IMG/VR virus record: IMGVR_UViG_3300030012_003842
Span: 1 to 62,467 of that record
DNA length: 62,467 nt
Direction: 5' to 3' (one strand)
Origin: a virus
Taxonomy: Duplodnaviria; Caudoviricetes
A program made the position numbers and the translations under genes. Below the pieces are notes generated by a model, which was given only the letters and a program-made list of their open reading frames with translations, was not told the DNA's origin and did no database searches. Below, piece after piece: positions 1 to 10,401 of the stretch (within the stretch, counting starts at the first letter, position 1; every line of letters begins with the position of its first letter).

Positions 1-100
1 AGCAAACATGTTGAAGTTCCCTACATTCCAAGAAAAATTGACAGACTGCCTGCAGACTTAAATAAATTAAAAAAGTAAATGGGAAAATTATTAGTAAAGT
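1..100 (+). repeat. Terminal direct repeat, left copy (assembly overlap of a circular or permuted genome)
   Basis: 1-100 matches 62368-62467 with one mismatch (position 99 g vs 62466 a); the ORF at 62266-62445 reads into it. Confidence 0.95.
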
Positions 101-219
101 TTGGATACTGGATTCAGAAAAGTTGGTGTAAACTATTATGCAAATGGAACTGGTTAGTATCAAAATTAGTAGTTAATGTAAACGACTGCCCAGTGGCAGA
201 ATGTATTTGTAAAAAATAA
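79..219 (+). CDS. Small Cys/Trp-rich hypothetical protein (46 aa)
   Basis: Manually translated MGKLLVKFGYWIQKSWCKLLCKWNW...CPVAECICKK; ATG directly follows the upstream stop; absent from the ORF track. Confidence 0.65.
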   Translation: MGKLLVKFGYWIQKSWCKLLCKWNWLVSKLVVNVNDCPVAECICKK

Positions 220-223
220 AGAA

Positions 224-394
224 ATGAAATTAAATCAAAAGTCCCGAGGTTTGGGAGACACAATAGAAAAATTTACCACGGCTACTGGTATTAAAAATGT
301 AGTCACTAAGGTCACAAAAGCTGCAGGAGTAAACGATTGCGGTTGTGGTCAACGTAGGGACACTCTTAATAGAGTTTTTCCTTACAAAAAGTAA
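224..394 (+). CDS. Small phage protein with GLGDT...CGC motif (56 aa)
   Basis: Manually translated MKLNQKSRGLGDTIEKFTTATGIK...DCGCGQRRDTLNRVFPYKK; tightly packed with neighbours. Confidence 0.7.
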   Translation: MKLNQKSRGLGDTIEKFTTATGIKNVVTKVTKAAGVNDCGCGQRRDTLNRVFPYKK

Positions 395-424
395 AGAGAT
401 TTTTAACCCTCTAAAGTAAAAAAA

Positions 425-958
425 ATGGCATATCCTAAAATAACAGTAAACACCAGTAAAGTACTGGCTGTAGTCGCAAGCGACACAATACCAATTCCCT
501 CACCAAACGCAGTACCATTATCAGGAACAACTACCGCAACAACAACTAATAAGCTTGTTGATGTAGGTGCAGATTTTTCTAATGTTGTAGTTGGTGATAT
601 TGTATATAATACAACTGATAATACAGTAGCTACTGTGTCATCGGTTGAAACATCAACTATATTAGTATTAAGTGCTGATATATTTACATCACCTGAAGAC
701 TATATAGTATTTCAAGCAGGACCAATATTTGAACAAAGAATAGATTCATCATCTGGATGTCTATTGTATGTTGGTAGTAACGAAGGAACTATGGATGTTG
801 CAAAATCATACGTAGATGTAAAAGTAAAAACAGTTAATGGTGATGATATAGTATTTAGTAATTTTCCTGTAGGTGAATATCTTCCTGTACAAATAACTAA
901 TTTATTTAGTACTGGCACAGATGCAGCTGCAAGATTTAACTCGGTAGCTATTTGGTAA
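425..958 (+). CDS. Hypothetical, probable virion protein with an inserted beta-rich domain
   Basis: 177-aa ORF with A-rich leader; internal segment resembles a segment of the 22731-23693 protein. Confidence 0.7.
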   Translation: MAYPKITVNTSKVLAVVASDTIPIPSPNAVPLSGTTTATTTNKLVDVGADFSNVVVGDIVYNTTDNTVATVSSVETSTILVLSADIFTSPEDYIVFQAGPIFEQRIDSSSGCLLYVGSNEGTMDVAKSYVDVKVKTVNGDDIVFSNFPVGEYLPVQITNLFSTGTDAAARFNSVAIW

Positions 959-959
959 A

Positions 960-1475
960 ATGAAAAACAAACTAAAAGCAATTTCAGCTGAACTTAAAAA
1001 AGCATCAAAGACACATGCTGGTCAAGCGGCTAAGATTGATAAATTAATAAAACCTAAAATGAGCAAACTACATAAAAGCACAAGAAAAAGCATGAGACCA
1101 AAGATGGTTATGAAACCTATGCTCTCAATGAAAAAACCTAAAAAGGGTGATGGAAAATTTGGTAAAGTAGCTGGTAAAGTTGGAGGCATATTAGGTCTTG
1201 CTGGTCAAGCTTTAGGAATAGTAAACCAAGTAAAACAACTAAAACAAAAAACTCCAAAAGATAAAAAACCTGATACAGCTAAAGTAGCAGGAAGAGTTAC
1301 AAAGCCTTATCTGTCTTCAAAGAAAAAAGCTATCTCAAGAAAAAAGAAAATGATTGACAATGCTTTTAATGAAATAATGACTGGTCAAAGAACAGGAAAA
1401 AAAGCAGTTAGAGCTTTAAAAGATATAGCAAGAAAGAAAAGAGCAATCAAAAGAAAAAAATCTAAATTAAAATAA
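960..1475 (+). CDS. Highly basic Lys/Met-rich protein
   Basis: 171 aa, KPKM-like repeats, Gly-rich amphipathic segment. Confidence 0.7.
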   Translation: MKNKLKAISAELKKASKTHAGQAAKIDKLIKPKMSKLHKSTRKSMRPKMVMKPMLSMKKPKKGDGKFGKVAGKVGGILGLAGQALGIVNQVKQLKQKTPKDKKPDTAKVAGRVTKPYLSSKKKAISRKKKMIDNAFNEIMTGQRTGKKAVRALKDIARKKRAIKRKKSKLK

Positions 1476-1541
1476 AATGGAATATACTCAAACAAATACA
1501 GCGGGAAATAATATAACTTTTAATTATATATATGTAGAGAA

Positions 1542-1853
1542 ATGAGCCAAGACAAAAACTTATCGCCTGAAAGTAAATTTACTTTATCATTAAAAGAAAT
1601 GGTAGCTATGGCTATAGGTTTCGCTTCACTCGTAGGCATGTATTATACTTTACAAGCTCAAATAACTACAGCAATGGAACTGCCCAAACCAGAGGTCAGT
1701 AAAATTGAATTTCAATATAAGGACGAATTGGTGAGAAGCACCATAGATAATATTCAATCTGATGTGACAAACATCAAAGATGATGTAAATGAAATCAAAG
1801 AGTCTTTAGCTAAAATGGATGAAAGGCTCTACGAAATAAGTAGAAAAAAATGA
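1542..1853 (+). CDS. Membrane-anchored coiled-coil protein
   Basis: One N-terminal hydrophobic helix followed by a heptad pattern; upstream of the lysis genes. Confidence 0.7.
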   Translation: MSQDKNLSPESKFTLSLKEMVAMAIGFASLVGMYYTLQAQITTAMELPKPEVSKIEFQYKDELVRSTIDNIQSDVTNIKDDVNEIKESLAKMDERLYEISRKK

Positions 1854-2185
1854 GACTATGTATAGTATTAATGTTATTTCCTATGTTGATTTTTTCTCAA
1901 GACTTCAAAGAGGAAATATCAGTAGTACAATTTAGTGCTCCATTTACAAAGGATTCAGAGATTTCGCTGAAGCCGTTTAAACAACACAACACTTATACAT
2001 TTAATATAACGGAAAAACAAAAAGTATTTGATAATGAAAAAATCAAATACCTTCCTACTATAATACTTTATCACAATGGTGATGAAGTTATTAGAGTGGA
2101 GAGTGGTATCTCTTTAAAATTACCAGAAAATACAATCGAATTAATTGAAGAAAAAATTGATGAAATTATAGAAAGTAAATTTTGA
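1850..2185 (+). CDS. Secreted thioredoxin-like fold protein lacking CxxC
   Basis: Signal peptide ending ...IFS-Q; VVQFSAPF and IKYLPTIILYHNGDEV resemble thioredoxin elements. Confidence 0.55.
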   Translation: MRLCIVLMLFPMLIFSQDFKEEISVVQFSAPFTKDSEISLKPFKQHNTYTFNITEKQKVFDNEKIKYLPTIILYHNGDEVIRVESGISLKLPENTIELIEEKIDEIIESKF

Positions 2186-2186
2186 T

Positions 2187-3461
2187 ATGAATAGAAAAAA
2201 AACCACAGAAAGTTTTACAACAAAAGCATTATTATTTTTAGTAGTGTTTTTTATGATTATGTTATTTGGTTCAGCTTTGACAGCTCAAGTAATTGATACA
2301 GATAAAAAGATTGAAAACAAAATAGTAAAGAAGTATAAAGCAAAAAAGTTTTTTGATAATTTATACAAAGATATTTTTAAATATGCAACGGTATATGTTG
2401 CTGGCGACATAGGCAACGCCTATGAAACTCCATATCCTGACTACTTCATTAGGACAGACCCTGACAATTTATATGCTATACCAAGAGTAGAAGACCAAAC
2501 TATTTATCATCCTTTTGATTATAGACTTGGTTTTGGTGTGCGTAAACTGGCACGATTTGATTATGAAGTAAAAGGTAAAAACTATTATGATGGTACTGAG
2601 AATAATAAAGCTTTGTCTGCACCCACAGCTGCAGTTCAAGGTTTTGAATATTTATTTCATTGGGAAAAAGAAAGACAAAGGTCTGATGAATTTACAAATT
2701 CCAGATATTTTCTAAGACATACAGGAGATTATCATATAGTTAAGGTAGAGCAAAGAGAAGTTGGTAATATAGATTTTAAATATCAAAGTGCTGAAGTTAG
2801 AGCTCGACTACCTATCGGTAAAAAATTTAGCATTAGTGCGGGTGTAATAGCAAGAACTCATCAAAAAGCTTTTGGATATAACCCAATAGAATTATGGTTA
2901 AATGAAGTTGATGAAGATGGTAATGCAGCAAACCCATGGTACACTTTGGGATTCGAATATGGGTATGATGATTGGTATTATGCTTCAACTGATGAAAATG
3001 GAAATTCATTTTATGATTGGTACTGGACAAATCCACAAGGCGATATAGTTGCCTGGACTGACAGACAATTTAGAGACCTAATATTTGGTCAGCTTATGAA
3101 TGATTTTAATCAAGAAAGATGGGCAGAGCTTGACGCCTTTGCTGAGTACGCACCTATCGTTGGTTTTGATTTCTATCATTACAAGTCTAAGTTCTGGCTT
3201 CACACTTATGCAAATTGGATTTTACCTTACCATAAATACTTTAAGGGTAATGTCGACTTCAGCTACTTACATCGCGATAGTTGGGGGCTCGGGGGCCACA
3301 ACAATTTACTGAAAGGTAAACAGTGGAGCGATTATCAAGGTGGGTTGATAGTCGGTTGGAAAATTTCAAAAACACTTGGAATATTTGTAGAAGCTGAATA
3401 CACAAAGTTTTGGGATTCAGAAATATATAATAGTAGTGTAGGATTAAATGTTAGATTATGA
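2187..3461 (+). CDS. Putative outer-membrane beta-barrel protein
   Basis: Signal peptide (...ALTA-Q), aromatic-rich alternating strands, C-terminal beta-signal-like SSVGLNVRL. Confidence 0.55.
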   Translation: MNRKKTTESFTTKALLFLVVFFMIMLFGSALTAQVIDTDKKIENKIVKKYKAKKFFDNLYKDIFKYATVYVAGDIGNAYETPYPDYFIRTDPDNLYAIPRVEDQTIYHPFDYRLGFGVRKLARFDYEVKGKNYYDGTENNKALSAPTAAVQGFEYLFHWEKERQRSDEFTNSRYFLRHTGDYHIVKVEQREVGNIDFKYQSAEVRARLPIGKKFSISAGVIARTHQKAFGYNPIELWLNEVDEDGNAANPWYTLGFEYGYDDWYYASTDENGNSFYDWYWTNPQGDIVAWTDRQFRDLIFGQLMNDFNQERWAELDAFAEYAPIVGFDFYHYKSKFWLHTYANWILPYHKYFKGNVDFSYLHRDSWGLGGHNNLLKGKQWSDYQGGLIVGWKISKTLGIFVEAEYTKFWDSEIYNSSVGLNVRL

Positions 3462-3934
3462 GTAAAATCAGTGAAAACATTACATACAAAGAAGCTATAC
3501 ATTCTAATACAGCAAAAAGACTTGGTATAGATAACGAACCAAGTCATGAACAGATAGCTAATATGATGACAATAGCTGAAATGGTTTTTCAACCATTAAG
3601 AAGTTGGGTTGGTGGTCCAATAAAAATTACCTCTTTTTTTAGGTCACCTGCTTTGAATAAAGCTATAGGTGGTGCTACAAAAAATGGCAAACCTACCTCA
3701 CAGCATTGTTCTGGACAAGCGATGGATATTGATGATGTTTATGGATACAAGTCAAATGCAGAAATGTTTGGATATATAAAAGACAACTTAGATTTCGACC
3801 AATTAATTTGGGAGTTTGGAAATGATGAGAATCCATCCTGGATTCATGTTTCTTATGTAGATGCACAAGAAAACAGAAATAGATGTTTGCAAGCATATAA
3901 AGAAAATGGTAAAACAAAATATAAAGTAATATGA
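3458..3934 (+). CDS. Peptidase M15 family endolysin
   Basis: ITSFFRS, SQHCSGQAMDID and WIHVSY zinc-peptidase motifs. Confidence 0.88.
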   Translation: MSKISENITYKEAIHSNTAKRLGIDNEPSHEQIANMMTIAEMVFQPLRSWVGGPIKITSFFRSPALNKAIGGATKNGKPTSQHCSGQAMDIDDVYGYKSNAEMFGYIKDNLDFDQLIWEFGNDENPSWIHVSYVDAQENRNRCLQAYKENGKTKYKVI

Positions 3935-4332
3935 AAGATATATTAGCTAAAATATTTGGAGGTGCAGCTGGAGGTGTAGCAGAAAAACTAACCTCAGTGG
4001 TAGATAAATTTGTCAGAACAAAAGATGAAAAGGCAGCATTTGAAAAAGAAATGACACAGATATTTATAGATGCCGAAGCAGCTCAACAAAAAAACGTGAC
4101 AGAAAGATGGAAAGCCGACATGGCTTCAGATAATAAATTATCAAAATCAGTAAGACCTTTGAGTTTAATTTTTGTATTGGTCAGTACAGTTGTGCTTATC
4201 TTTATTGACTCAGGATTTATTAACTTTGCAGTTGATGATAAATGGAAGGATTTGCTTCAGCTTCTTCTAATTACGATTGTAGCAGCTTATTTCGGTGGAA
4301 GGTCCTACGAAAAAGGTAAATCAATAAAATAA
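3931..4332 (+). CDS. Holin (3TM holin-like)
   Basis: ERWKADM...VRP, transmembrane helices, YFGGRS end; adjacent to the endolysin. Confidence 0.8.
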   Translation: MKDILAKIFGGAAGGVAEKLTSVVDKFVRTKDEKAAFEKEMTQIFIDAEAAQQKNVTERWKADMASDNKLSKSVRPLSLIFVLVSTVVLIFIDSGFINFAVDDKWKDLLQLLLITIVAAYFGGRSYEKGKSIK

Positions 4333-4336
4333 ATAA

Positions 4337-5074
4337 ATGGCAAGAATATCCACATACGTAAAAGATACCAATGTAGTTGGTGCTGATAAATGGATTGGTT
4401 CTGATTCTCAGAATAACTTTCAAACTAAAAACTTTACAGCCCAAGACGTAGCTAATTTTATAAATAAAACTGCAGCTGAGTCACAGCTTTTTAGATATCA
4501 GTATGACATGATAAACCCTACAACTGTCCCAAGACCTGACATGTCAATTACATTTACAAACGGTGGAGCTTTCAATGTACCATTTAATGGCATTAGTACT
4601 TTTGTACTAAGTGCTTATGCAGAAAACCAAGGTGGGTTACTTATAGATGTATCAACATGGTATACCTCACCACTGACTGGTTCTGATGTTTTAATAACTC
4701 AATGTGATGATATAACTAACTGGGCTATATATAAATGGGACAGCTCAGCTCTAAAATCTGGAACCTTCTATGATATCAATTTGACATACATTGCAGGCAA
4801 TGGGGGCTTAACAGACAAAAAAGATTATTTTATATCTTTGCTACAATATGTAGGGAGTAGTGGAGACAAGAATGAAGTGAGTGCACTTTTAACAGGAAAC
4901 TCCAGTTATATAGTAACTCACAGTTTAAACAAGTTCCCTTCAGTGAGTGTTACTTTGGTAGATGGGTCAAATAACCCGACAGAAGAAGTAGAGTGTAAGG
5001 TAACTTATATAGATGTAGATAGAGTGCAATTAGACTTTACAAGTAATTTCACTGGCAAAGCAGTATTTAATTGA
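4337..5074 (+). CDS. Tail-associated structural protein
   Basis: MARISTY N-terminus, C-terminal VTHSLNKFPSV module, precedes the fibres. Confidence 0.6.
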   Translation: MARISTYVKDTNVVGADKWIGSDSQNNFQTKNFTAQDVANFINKTAAESQLFRYQYDMINPTTVPRPDMSITFTNGGAFNVPFNGISTFVLSAYAENQGGLLIDVSTWYTSPLTGSDVLITQCDDITNWAIYKWDSSALKSGTFYDINLTYIAGNGGLTDKKDYFISLLQYVGSSGDKNEVSALLTGNSSYIVTHSLNKFPSVSVTLVDGSNNPTEEVECKVTYIDVDRVQLDFTSNFTGKAVFN

Positions 5075-5091
5075 AAAAAAATTTATAAAAA

Positions 5092-7257
5092 ATGGCAATA
5101 AGATTTTTAAAAGAAGTATTTATAGACGGAACGCTACAGCTGACCGTAAATGCAGATGATGCAACATATACAGGTTTAGTAACCGTTGATGGCGGTGTTT
5201 TAAAGTATAGAACAAAAGCACAAGTAAGAAGTGATATAGGAGCTGGAACAATGAGCTCTTTTACTTTAGCTGGTTCATCAGGTAGTAGTTCAACTATTTC
5301 CGATGGAAGTACTGCAACAATTATTGCAGGTTCTGGTATAACTACGGTTGGTAATGGCTCAGGAGGAGTTACAATTACAGCAACTGCAAGTGGTTATTCG
5401 GGTTGGACTCTTGCTGGAGACTCAGGTTCGTCACAAGATATAGCTTCTGGTAACACAGCTACGATTGCTGGTGGAGATATAATTAGTACAGTAGCCAGTG
5501 CAACAGATACTTTAACTGTTAATCACGATGCCGTTTCAAGAACTGACACTACAAGTTCAGCTTCTCCTGGTTATGGAGGAACAGTTGATGTAGTAAATAC
5601 TGTAACAAGTACTTCTGAAGGACACATTACTGCAGTAGATATTCAAACAATTACTTTCCCAGCTGCAGAAAATTATTCTTGGACACTATCAGCAGACAGT
5701 GGTTCAAGTCAAACTATAGCAAGTGGTAATACGGTTGATATAGCAGGTGGTACTGCAATTTCAACAGTAGCAGGAGCTACAGATACGGTTACCATAAATC
5801 TTGATAACACATCAGTAACTGCAGGTTCATATACTTCAGCAGATATTACAGTTGATGCTCAAGGTAGAATTACCGCAGCATCTAACGGTGGTGCAGGAAC
5901 AATGAGTTCTTGGATTTTAAGTGGAGACAGTGGAAGTAATCAAACAATTACAAATGGTAATACAGTAGATATTGCTGGTGGCACAGGTATTTCAACCGCA
6001 GCTTCAGCAACAGACACGTTAACTGTAACAAACACATTACCATTTAATAGTATAACATTAGCCGCATCAAGTGGTAGTAATTCAACAATTTCAAATACTG
6101 GTACAATCACTATTGCAGCAGGAGCAAACATATCCACAACAAATAATGGTAGTGGAACAGTAACCGTAGCTTATACAGGCGGTACAGGTACGATGTCAAG
6201 CTGGACATTATCTGATGGTTCAAATACTCAATCTATTACAAACGGTAATACTGTTACAGTAAGTGGTGGTGTGGGTGTTGATTCAACAGTTTCAGCAACA
6301 GACGCTCTTGAAATATCTTTAGACTTCAATGCGATATCAACGATTACATCAGCAGCTGGTACAAACGAGCTGCTTATAAATGCTTCGGGTAACAAAAAGA
6401 TTGATATAGATGATATTCATCTACAACAATTTGGTGCTGCAGAAGGAGATGTAAACTTTGGAACAAATAAATTATTAAATGTAAAGACAGGTACAGCATC
6501 TTCTGATGGTGTAAACTTAGGACAAGTACAATCACTTGTTGCTGGAGTTGGTGTATTCCAAGGTGGATATAACGCAAGTACAAACTCTCCTGCATTAACT
6601 GGAGGAAGTAACGTAGCCCTAACACAAGGTGACTTCTTTGCAGTAACAGTTGCAGGTTCGTTCTTTACAGACAATGTAGAGCCTGGTGATTTAATATTTG
6701 CAAACTCAAATATATCAGCGAGTTCTTCACCGTCTCTATCAGACTATACAGTTGTAATAGCAGACGAAAACATTGCGGGAGCAGGAGCGACAGACGGAGC
6801 AACAGAAAAAGGTGTTGCTGGTTTTGATAGTGCAAACTTTGGAGTAACTGCTAACGGATTCGTAACATTAGATAATACAGGAGTTTCTGCAGGTTCTTAT
6901 GGTGGAGCAAGTAAATCACTTTCTGCTACGGTAACTGCAAAAGGTTTATTATCTTCGCTTAGTGAACAAGCTATTGCGATTACAGCTTCTCAGGTAACTG
7001 ATTTCTGTAATGCAGTAAGCACATGTATAGCAGCAAATGAGCAATACAGTGTAAGTATAGGAGATGGGAATGCAACTTCTTACGCAGTAACACATAACTT
7101 AGGAACAAGAGATGTAATGGTGCAGCTCTATGACAATAGTTCGTATGATACAGTGTATGCAGAAGTGGCGAGAAATTCAACATCTCAAGTAACAATTAGT
7201 TTTACAACCGCACCTTCAACGAATGATATAAGAGTATTGATTACGAAGGTGTCTTAA
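5092..7257 (+). CDS. Tail fibre protein 1
   Basis: G/S/T-rich, repeated WTLxGDSG...VDIAGG modules, GSYTSADITVDAQGRITAA fibre repeat, VTHNLGT C-terminal module. Confidence 0.8.
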   Translation: MAIRFLKEVFIDGTLQLTVNADDATYTGLVTVDGGVLKYRTKAQVRSDIGAGTMSSFTLAGSSGSSSTISDGSTATIIAGSGITTVGNGSGGVTITATASGYSGWTLAGDSGSSQDIASGNTATIAGGDIISTVASATDTLTVNHDAVSRTDTTSSASPGYGGTVDVVNTVTSTSEGHITAVDIQTITFPAAENYSWTLSADSGSSQTIASGNTVDIAGGTAISTVAGATDTVTINLDNTSVTAGSYTSADITVDAQGRITAASNGGAGTMSSWILSGDSGSNQTITNGNTVDIAGGTGISTAASATDTLTVTNTLPFNSITLAASSGSNSTISNTGTITIAAGANISTTNNGSGTVTVAYTGGTGTMSSWTLSDGSNTQSITNGNTVTVSGGVGVDSTVSATDALEISLDFNAISTITSAAGTNELLINASGNKKIDIDDIHLQQFGAAEGDVNFGTNKLLNVKTGTASSDGVNLGQVQSLVAGVGVFQGGYNASTNSPALTGGSNVALTQGDFFAVTVAGSFFTDNVEPGDLIFANSNISASSSPSLSDYTVVIADENIAGAGATDGATEKGVAGFDSANFGVTANGFVTLDNTGVSAGSYGGASKSLSATVTAKGLLSSLSEQAIAITASQVTDFCNAVSTCIAANEQYSVSIGDGNATSYAVTHNLGTRDVMVQLYDNSSYDTVYAEVARNSTSQVTISFTTAPSTNDIRVLITKVS

Positions 7258-7269
7258 ATATAATTTAAA

Positions 7270-10200
7270 ATGCCGATTCGATTTTTATCAGACCAGTCGA
7301 TTGACAATCAATTAACGATTCAAGGTGGAGCAGGTTCTGACCCTTTATTAAGACTTTTCAATACAAGTAATGGAAGTGGGGCTCAGATACAATTTTCTGA
7401 CCAAACTTCTCAATTACAGTTTGGTGAACTCACCTTTTTCCATAGTGATGGTATGTCTTATGGAAGTGGAGCTGCTTTTGTGTTATCTTCAGCTCAAGGA
7501 CTTTCTGTTCTTGCAGATGGTAAATTACTTTTTAAAGATGGGTTACTTCTAAAACCATCATCTGGAACTGGTGCGGGTACTCAATTAATTTCATCCGCTG
7601 GTGCATATAATATCCCTTCGATAGTAAATGCTGGCACTGATACTGACCAATTCTTGGTTAGAGATTCATCAGGTAATGTAGATTTTAGAACTGGTACACA
7701 AGTTAGAAGTGATATTGGTGCAGGAACAGGCACAATGTCTTCTTGGACTATAACTGCTGATAATGGTATTACTCATGGTGTTACGAACAGTGCAGTTGTA
7801 GATATTGCAGGAGGAACGAACATATCAACATCACAATCGAGTGGTACAGTAACAATTACTAACGGTATCACTAATAATAATCAACTTACAAACGGAGCAG
7901 GATATATAACATCCGCTTCATTACCAACAGTAAATAATGGCACGCTTACCATGAGCACAAGTACAGGGCTTGATGGAAGTGCATCATTTACAGCTAATCA
8001 ATCAGGTAACTCAACATTTGCGGTTTCATTAGATTTAACTGAAATAAGTTTAGGAGCTGGTTTAGATTCTACTGCAACTGGTTTAAGTTTAGATTTTTCT
8101 GAATTTACTGCTTCTTCAACTATGGTAGCCAGTGATGAGTTTATAATATTAGATGCAGCTCTTGAAAGAAAGATTGAAGCTTCGGATATTGGGCTTAGTA
8201 TATTTAATAATGATGCTGGTTTTATTACATCAGGTTCTTTACCAACAGTAAATAACAGTACGATTACAGTTAGCCCTGGAACAGGAATAAGTGGAGGAGG
8301 CTCATTTACTTTAAATCAAGGAAGTAATGCGACTATAACAATTACTAATAGTTCACCAGATACTGGAACACCTGCTATTTTATCAAACGGTTCAACACCA
8401 AGTTTAAACAGCGGCATAACTGCAGCTGAAGTAAGAAGTTTAATTGGTGCTGGTACGGGCTCAGGCTCTATGTCAAGTTGGATTTTAACAGCAGATAGTG
8501 GAGGAAGTGAAACAGTTACGAACGGAGAAACTGTAGACATAGCAGGAGGAACTAATATTACAACAGCACGTAGTGGTTCAACCGTTACTATAACTAATGG
8601 TATTACAAACAATAATCAGCTTACTAACGGTGCTGGATATATTACCTCAGCTTCATTACCAAGTGTAGGTAATGGAACGCTTACTGTCCAAGGAGGTACA
8701 GGTTTAGGCGGTTCAGGAACATTTACTGCAAATCAATCAGGTAATACAACAATTACACTTACAAATTCGGATAAAGGTTCGAGTCAAAATATATATAAAA
8801 ACTTTACTGCTGATAGTGGTGGTACTGCAACAGCTAATAGTAATAATGATACTATAGATATAGCAGGGGGAACTAATATTTCTACAGCACGTTCGGGAGA
8901 TACTATTACAATAACGAATGGTATAACAAATAATAACCAGTTAACAAATGGTGCAGGATACATAACATCTTCGTCTATACCGAGTGTTGGTAATGGAACG
9001 ATTACCTTGGTAGCTGGAACTGGATTAACAGGAGGTGGCACATTTACCACCAATCAAAGTGGTAATACTTCAATAACATTTAACGCTTCAGGTAGTGGAA
9101 CAATGAGTAACTGGAAGCTTACAGCTGATTCTGGAGGCACAGCTACAATAGATAATGGTGAAACAGTTGATATAATTGGAGGCACAAACATAACCACAGC
9201 TCGTTCTGGAAACAACGTAACTATAACTAATGGTCTTGTAAATAACAGTCAGCTTTCTAATACTGCAGGATATATTACAGGTTCAACTGTATTTTCAGCT
9301 GGCGGTGGAGATGTTACGGGTAGTGCACAGTTAAACCAATCAGTAGTTTTAACTTTAGGTACTTCTGGAGTAACGGCTGGCTCATACACAAATGCAAACA
9401 TAACAGTAGATGCAAAAGGTAGAGTGACAGCAGCTGCGAATGGTTCCTCTGGTTCAAGCGGTACTGTTACAAGTGTTGCTACAGGTAATGGATTAACTGG
9501 TGGAACAATTACTACTTCTGGAACCTTGAGCATGTCAGGTTCTTATACAGGAAACTTTACTTTAAGTTCAAGCACTCTTACTGTAACAAATAGTGGAGTT
9601 GCTGCAATAGAAGTTGGTGGTACAACAGGAGCATTGCTTGATTTAAAAAGACCGTCTTCTGATGATTATGATTTAAGAGTTTTTACTAACGGTACAGGAA
9701 CAAACGAAATAACAACAGCTTCAGGTAATTTACAGATAAACACAAGTAACTCTGCAGCATTATCAATAAATACTTCTCAGATAAATGTTTCTGGTGGTAA
9801 AGTTGCCCTTGAAGGAGTTTCAAGTTTAGATAATGATGGTGGTACACATTTAAAAATAGGTGATTTAGATGAGTCAGATGAATATCAAGAAATCTCATTA
9901 ATGACAATGGCAGCCACTAATATTAAATTAGAGGACCAAACCATAAGATTACAATCCAATGATGTTACATTTAATTCGACTTCAGTACAAGATATTAATT
10001 ACGGAAGAAACGTAAGAAATTTTTTACCTGGGGATATGTCGGGTTCAGGGTACCAAGGTGACGTCATAAATTTTCCTTCTCAGAGCACAACAGCAGGCTC
10101 ATTATATTATAAAACTACTACAGGCTGGGCTTTAGCTGATGCTGATTCTTCTACAACTACATATTTATTAGCTATAGCATCGGGAACTAATGCTACAAGC

Positions 10201-10401
10201 GGTATGTTATTAAGAGGATTCTTTTATAAAGCCTCTCATGGTTTTACGGTAGGTAGACCTTTATACGTTAGCACATCAGCTGGTAATTTATCGTCATCCG
10301 CACCCACTGGGACAAGTGATTATGCAAGAGTTGTTGGTTATGCAACAAGTAGTGATACAATATATTTTAATCCTGACAACACATGGGTGAGAGTTTCATA
10401 G
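7270..10401 (+). CDS. Tail fibre protein 2
   Basis: 1043 aa with about four DIAGGTNI...TNGITNNNQLTNGAGYIT repeats and a GSYTNANITVDAKGRVTAA repeat. Confidence 0.8.
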   Translation: MPIRFLSDQSIDNQLTIQGGAGSDPLLRLFNTSNGSGAQIQFSDQTSQLQFGELTFFHSDGMSYGSGAAFVLSSAQGLSVLADGKLLFKDGLLLKPSSGTGAGTQLISSAGAYNIPSIVNAGTDTDQFLVRDSSGNVDFRTGTQVRSDIGAGTGTMSSWTITADNGITHGVTNSAVVDIAGGTNISTSQSSGTVTITNGITNNNQLTNGAGYITSASLPTVNNGTLTMSTSTGLDGSASFTANQSGNSTFAVSLDLTEISLGAGLDSTATGLSLDFSEFTASSTMVASDEFIILDAALERKIEASDIGLSIFNNDAGFITSGSLPTVNNSTITVSPGTGISGGGSFTLNQGSNATITITNSSPDTGTPAILSNGSTPSLNSGITAAEVRSLIGAGTGSGSMSSWILTADSGGSETVTNGETVDIAGGTNITTARSGSTVTITNGITNNNQLTNGAGYITSASLPSVGNGTLTVQGGTGLGGSGTFTANQSGNTTITLTNSDKGSSQNIYKNFTADSGGTATANSNNDTIDIAGGTNISTARSGDTITITNGITNNNQLTNGAGYITSSSIPSVGNGTITLVAGTGLTGGGTFTTNQSGNTSITFNASGSGTMSNWKLTADSGGTATIDNGETVDIIGGTNITTARSGNNVTITNGLVNNSQLSNTAGYITGSTVFSAGGGDVTGSAQLNQSVVLTLGTSGVTAGSYTNANITVDAKGRVTAAANGSSGSSGTVTSVATGNGLTGGTITTSGTLSMSGSYTGNFTLSSSTLTVTNSGVAAIEVGGTTGALLDLKRPSSDDYDLRVFTNGTGTNEITTASGNLQINTSNSAALSINTSQINVSGGKVALEGVSSLDNDGGTHLKIGDLDESDEYQEISLMTMAATNIKLEDQTIRLQSNDVTFNSTSVQDINYGRNVRNFLPGDMSGSGYQGDVINFPSQSTTAGSLYYKTTTGWALADADSSTTTYLLAIASGTNATSGMLLRGFFYKASHGFTVGRPLYVSTSAGNLSSSAPTGTSDYARVVGYATSSDTIYFNPDNTWVRVS

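Noticed and set aside
1-100. Physical terminal repeat of the virion DNA
   Set aside because: A round 100-nt overlap falling within coding sequence is more consistent with an assembly artefact
5092-10401. Diversity-generating retroelement or invertible tail cassette
   Set aside because: No reverse transcriptase or invertase recognised; repeat differences are not adenine-specific
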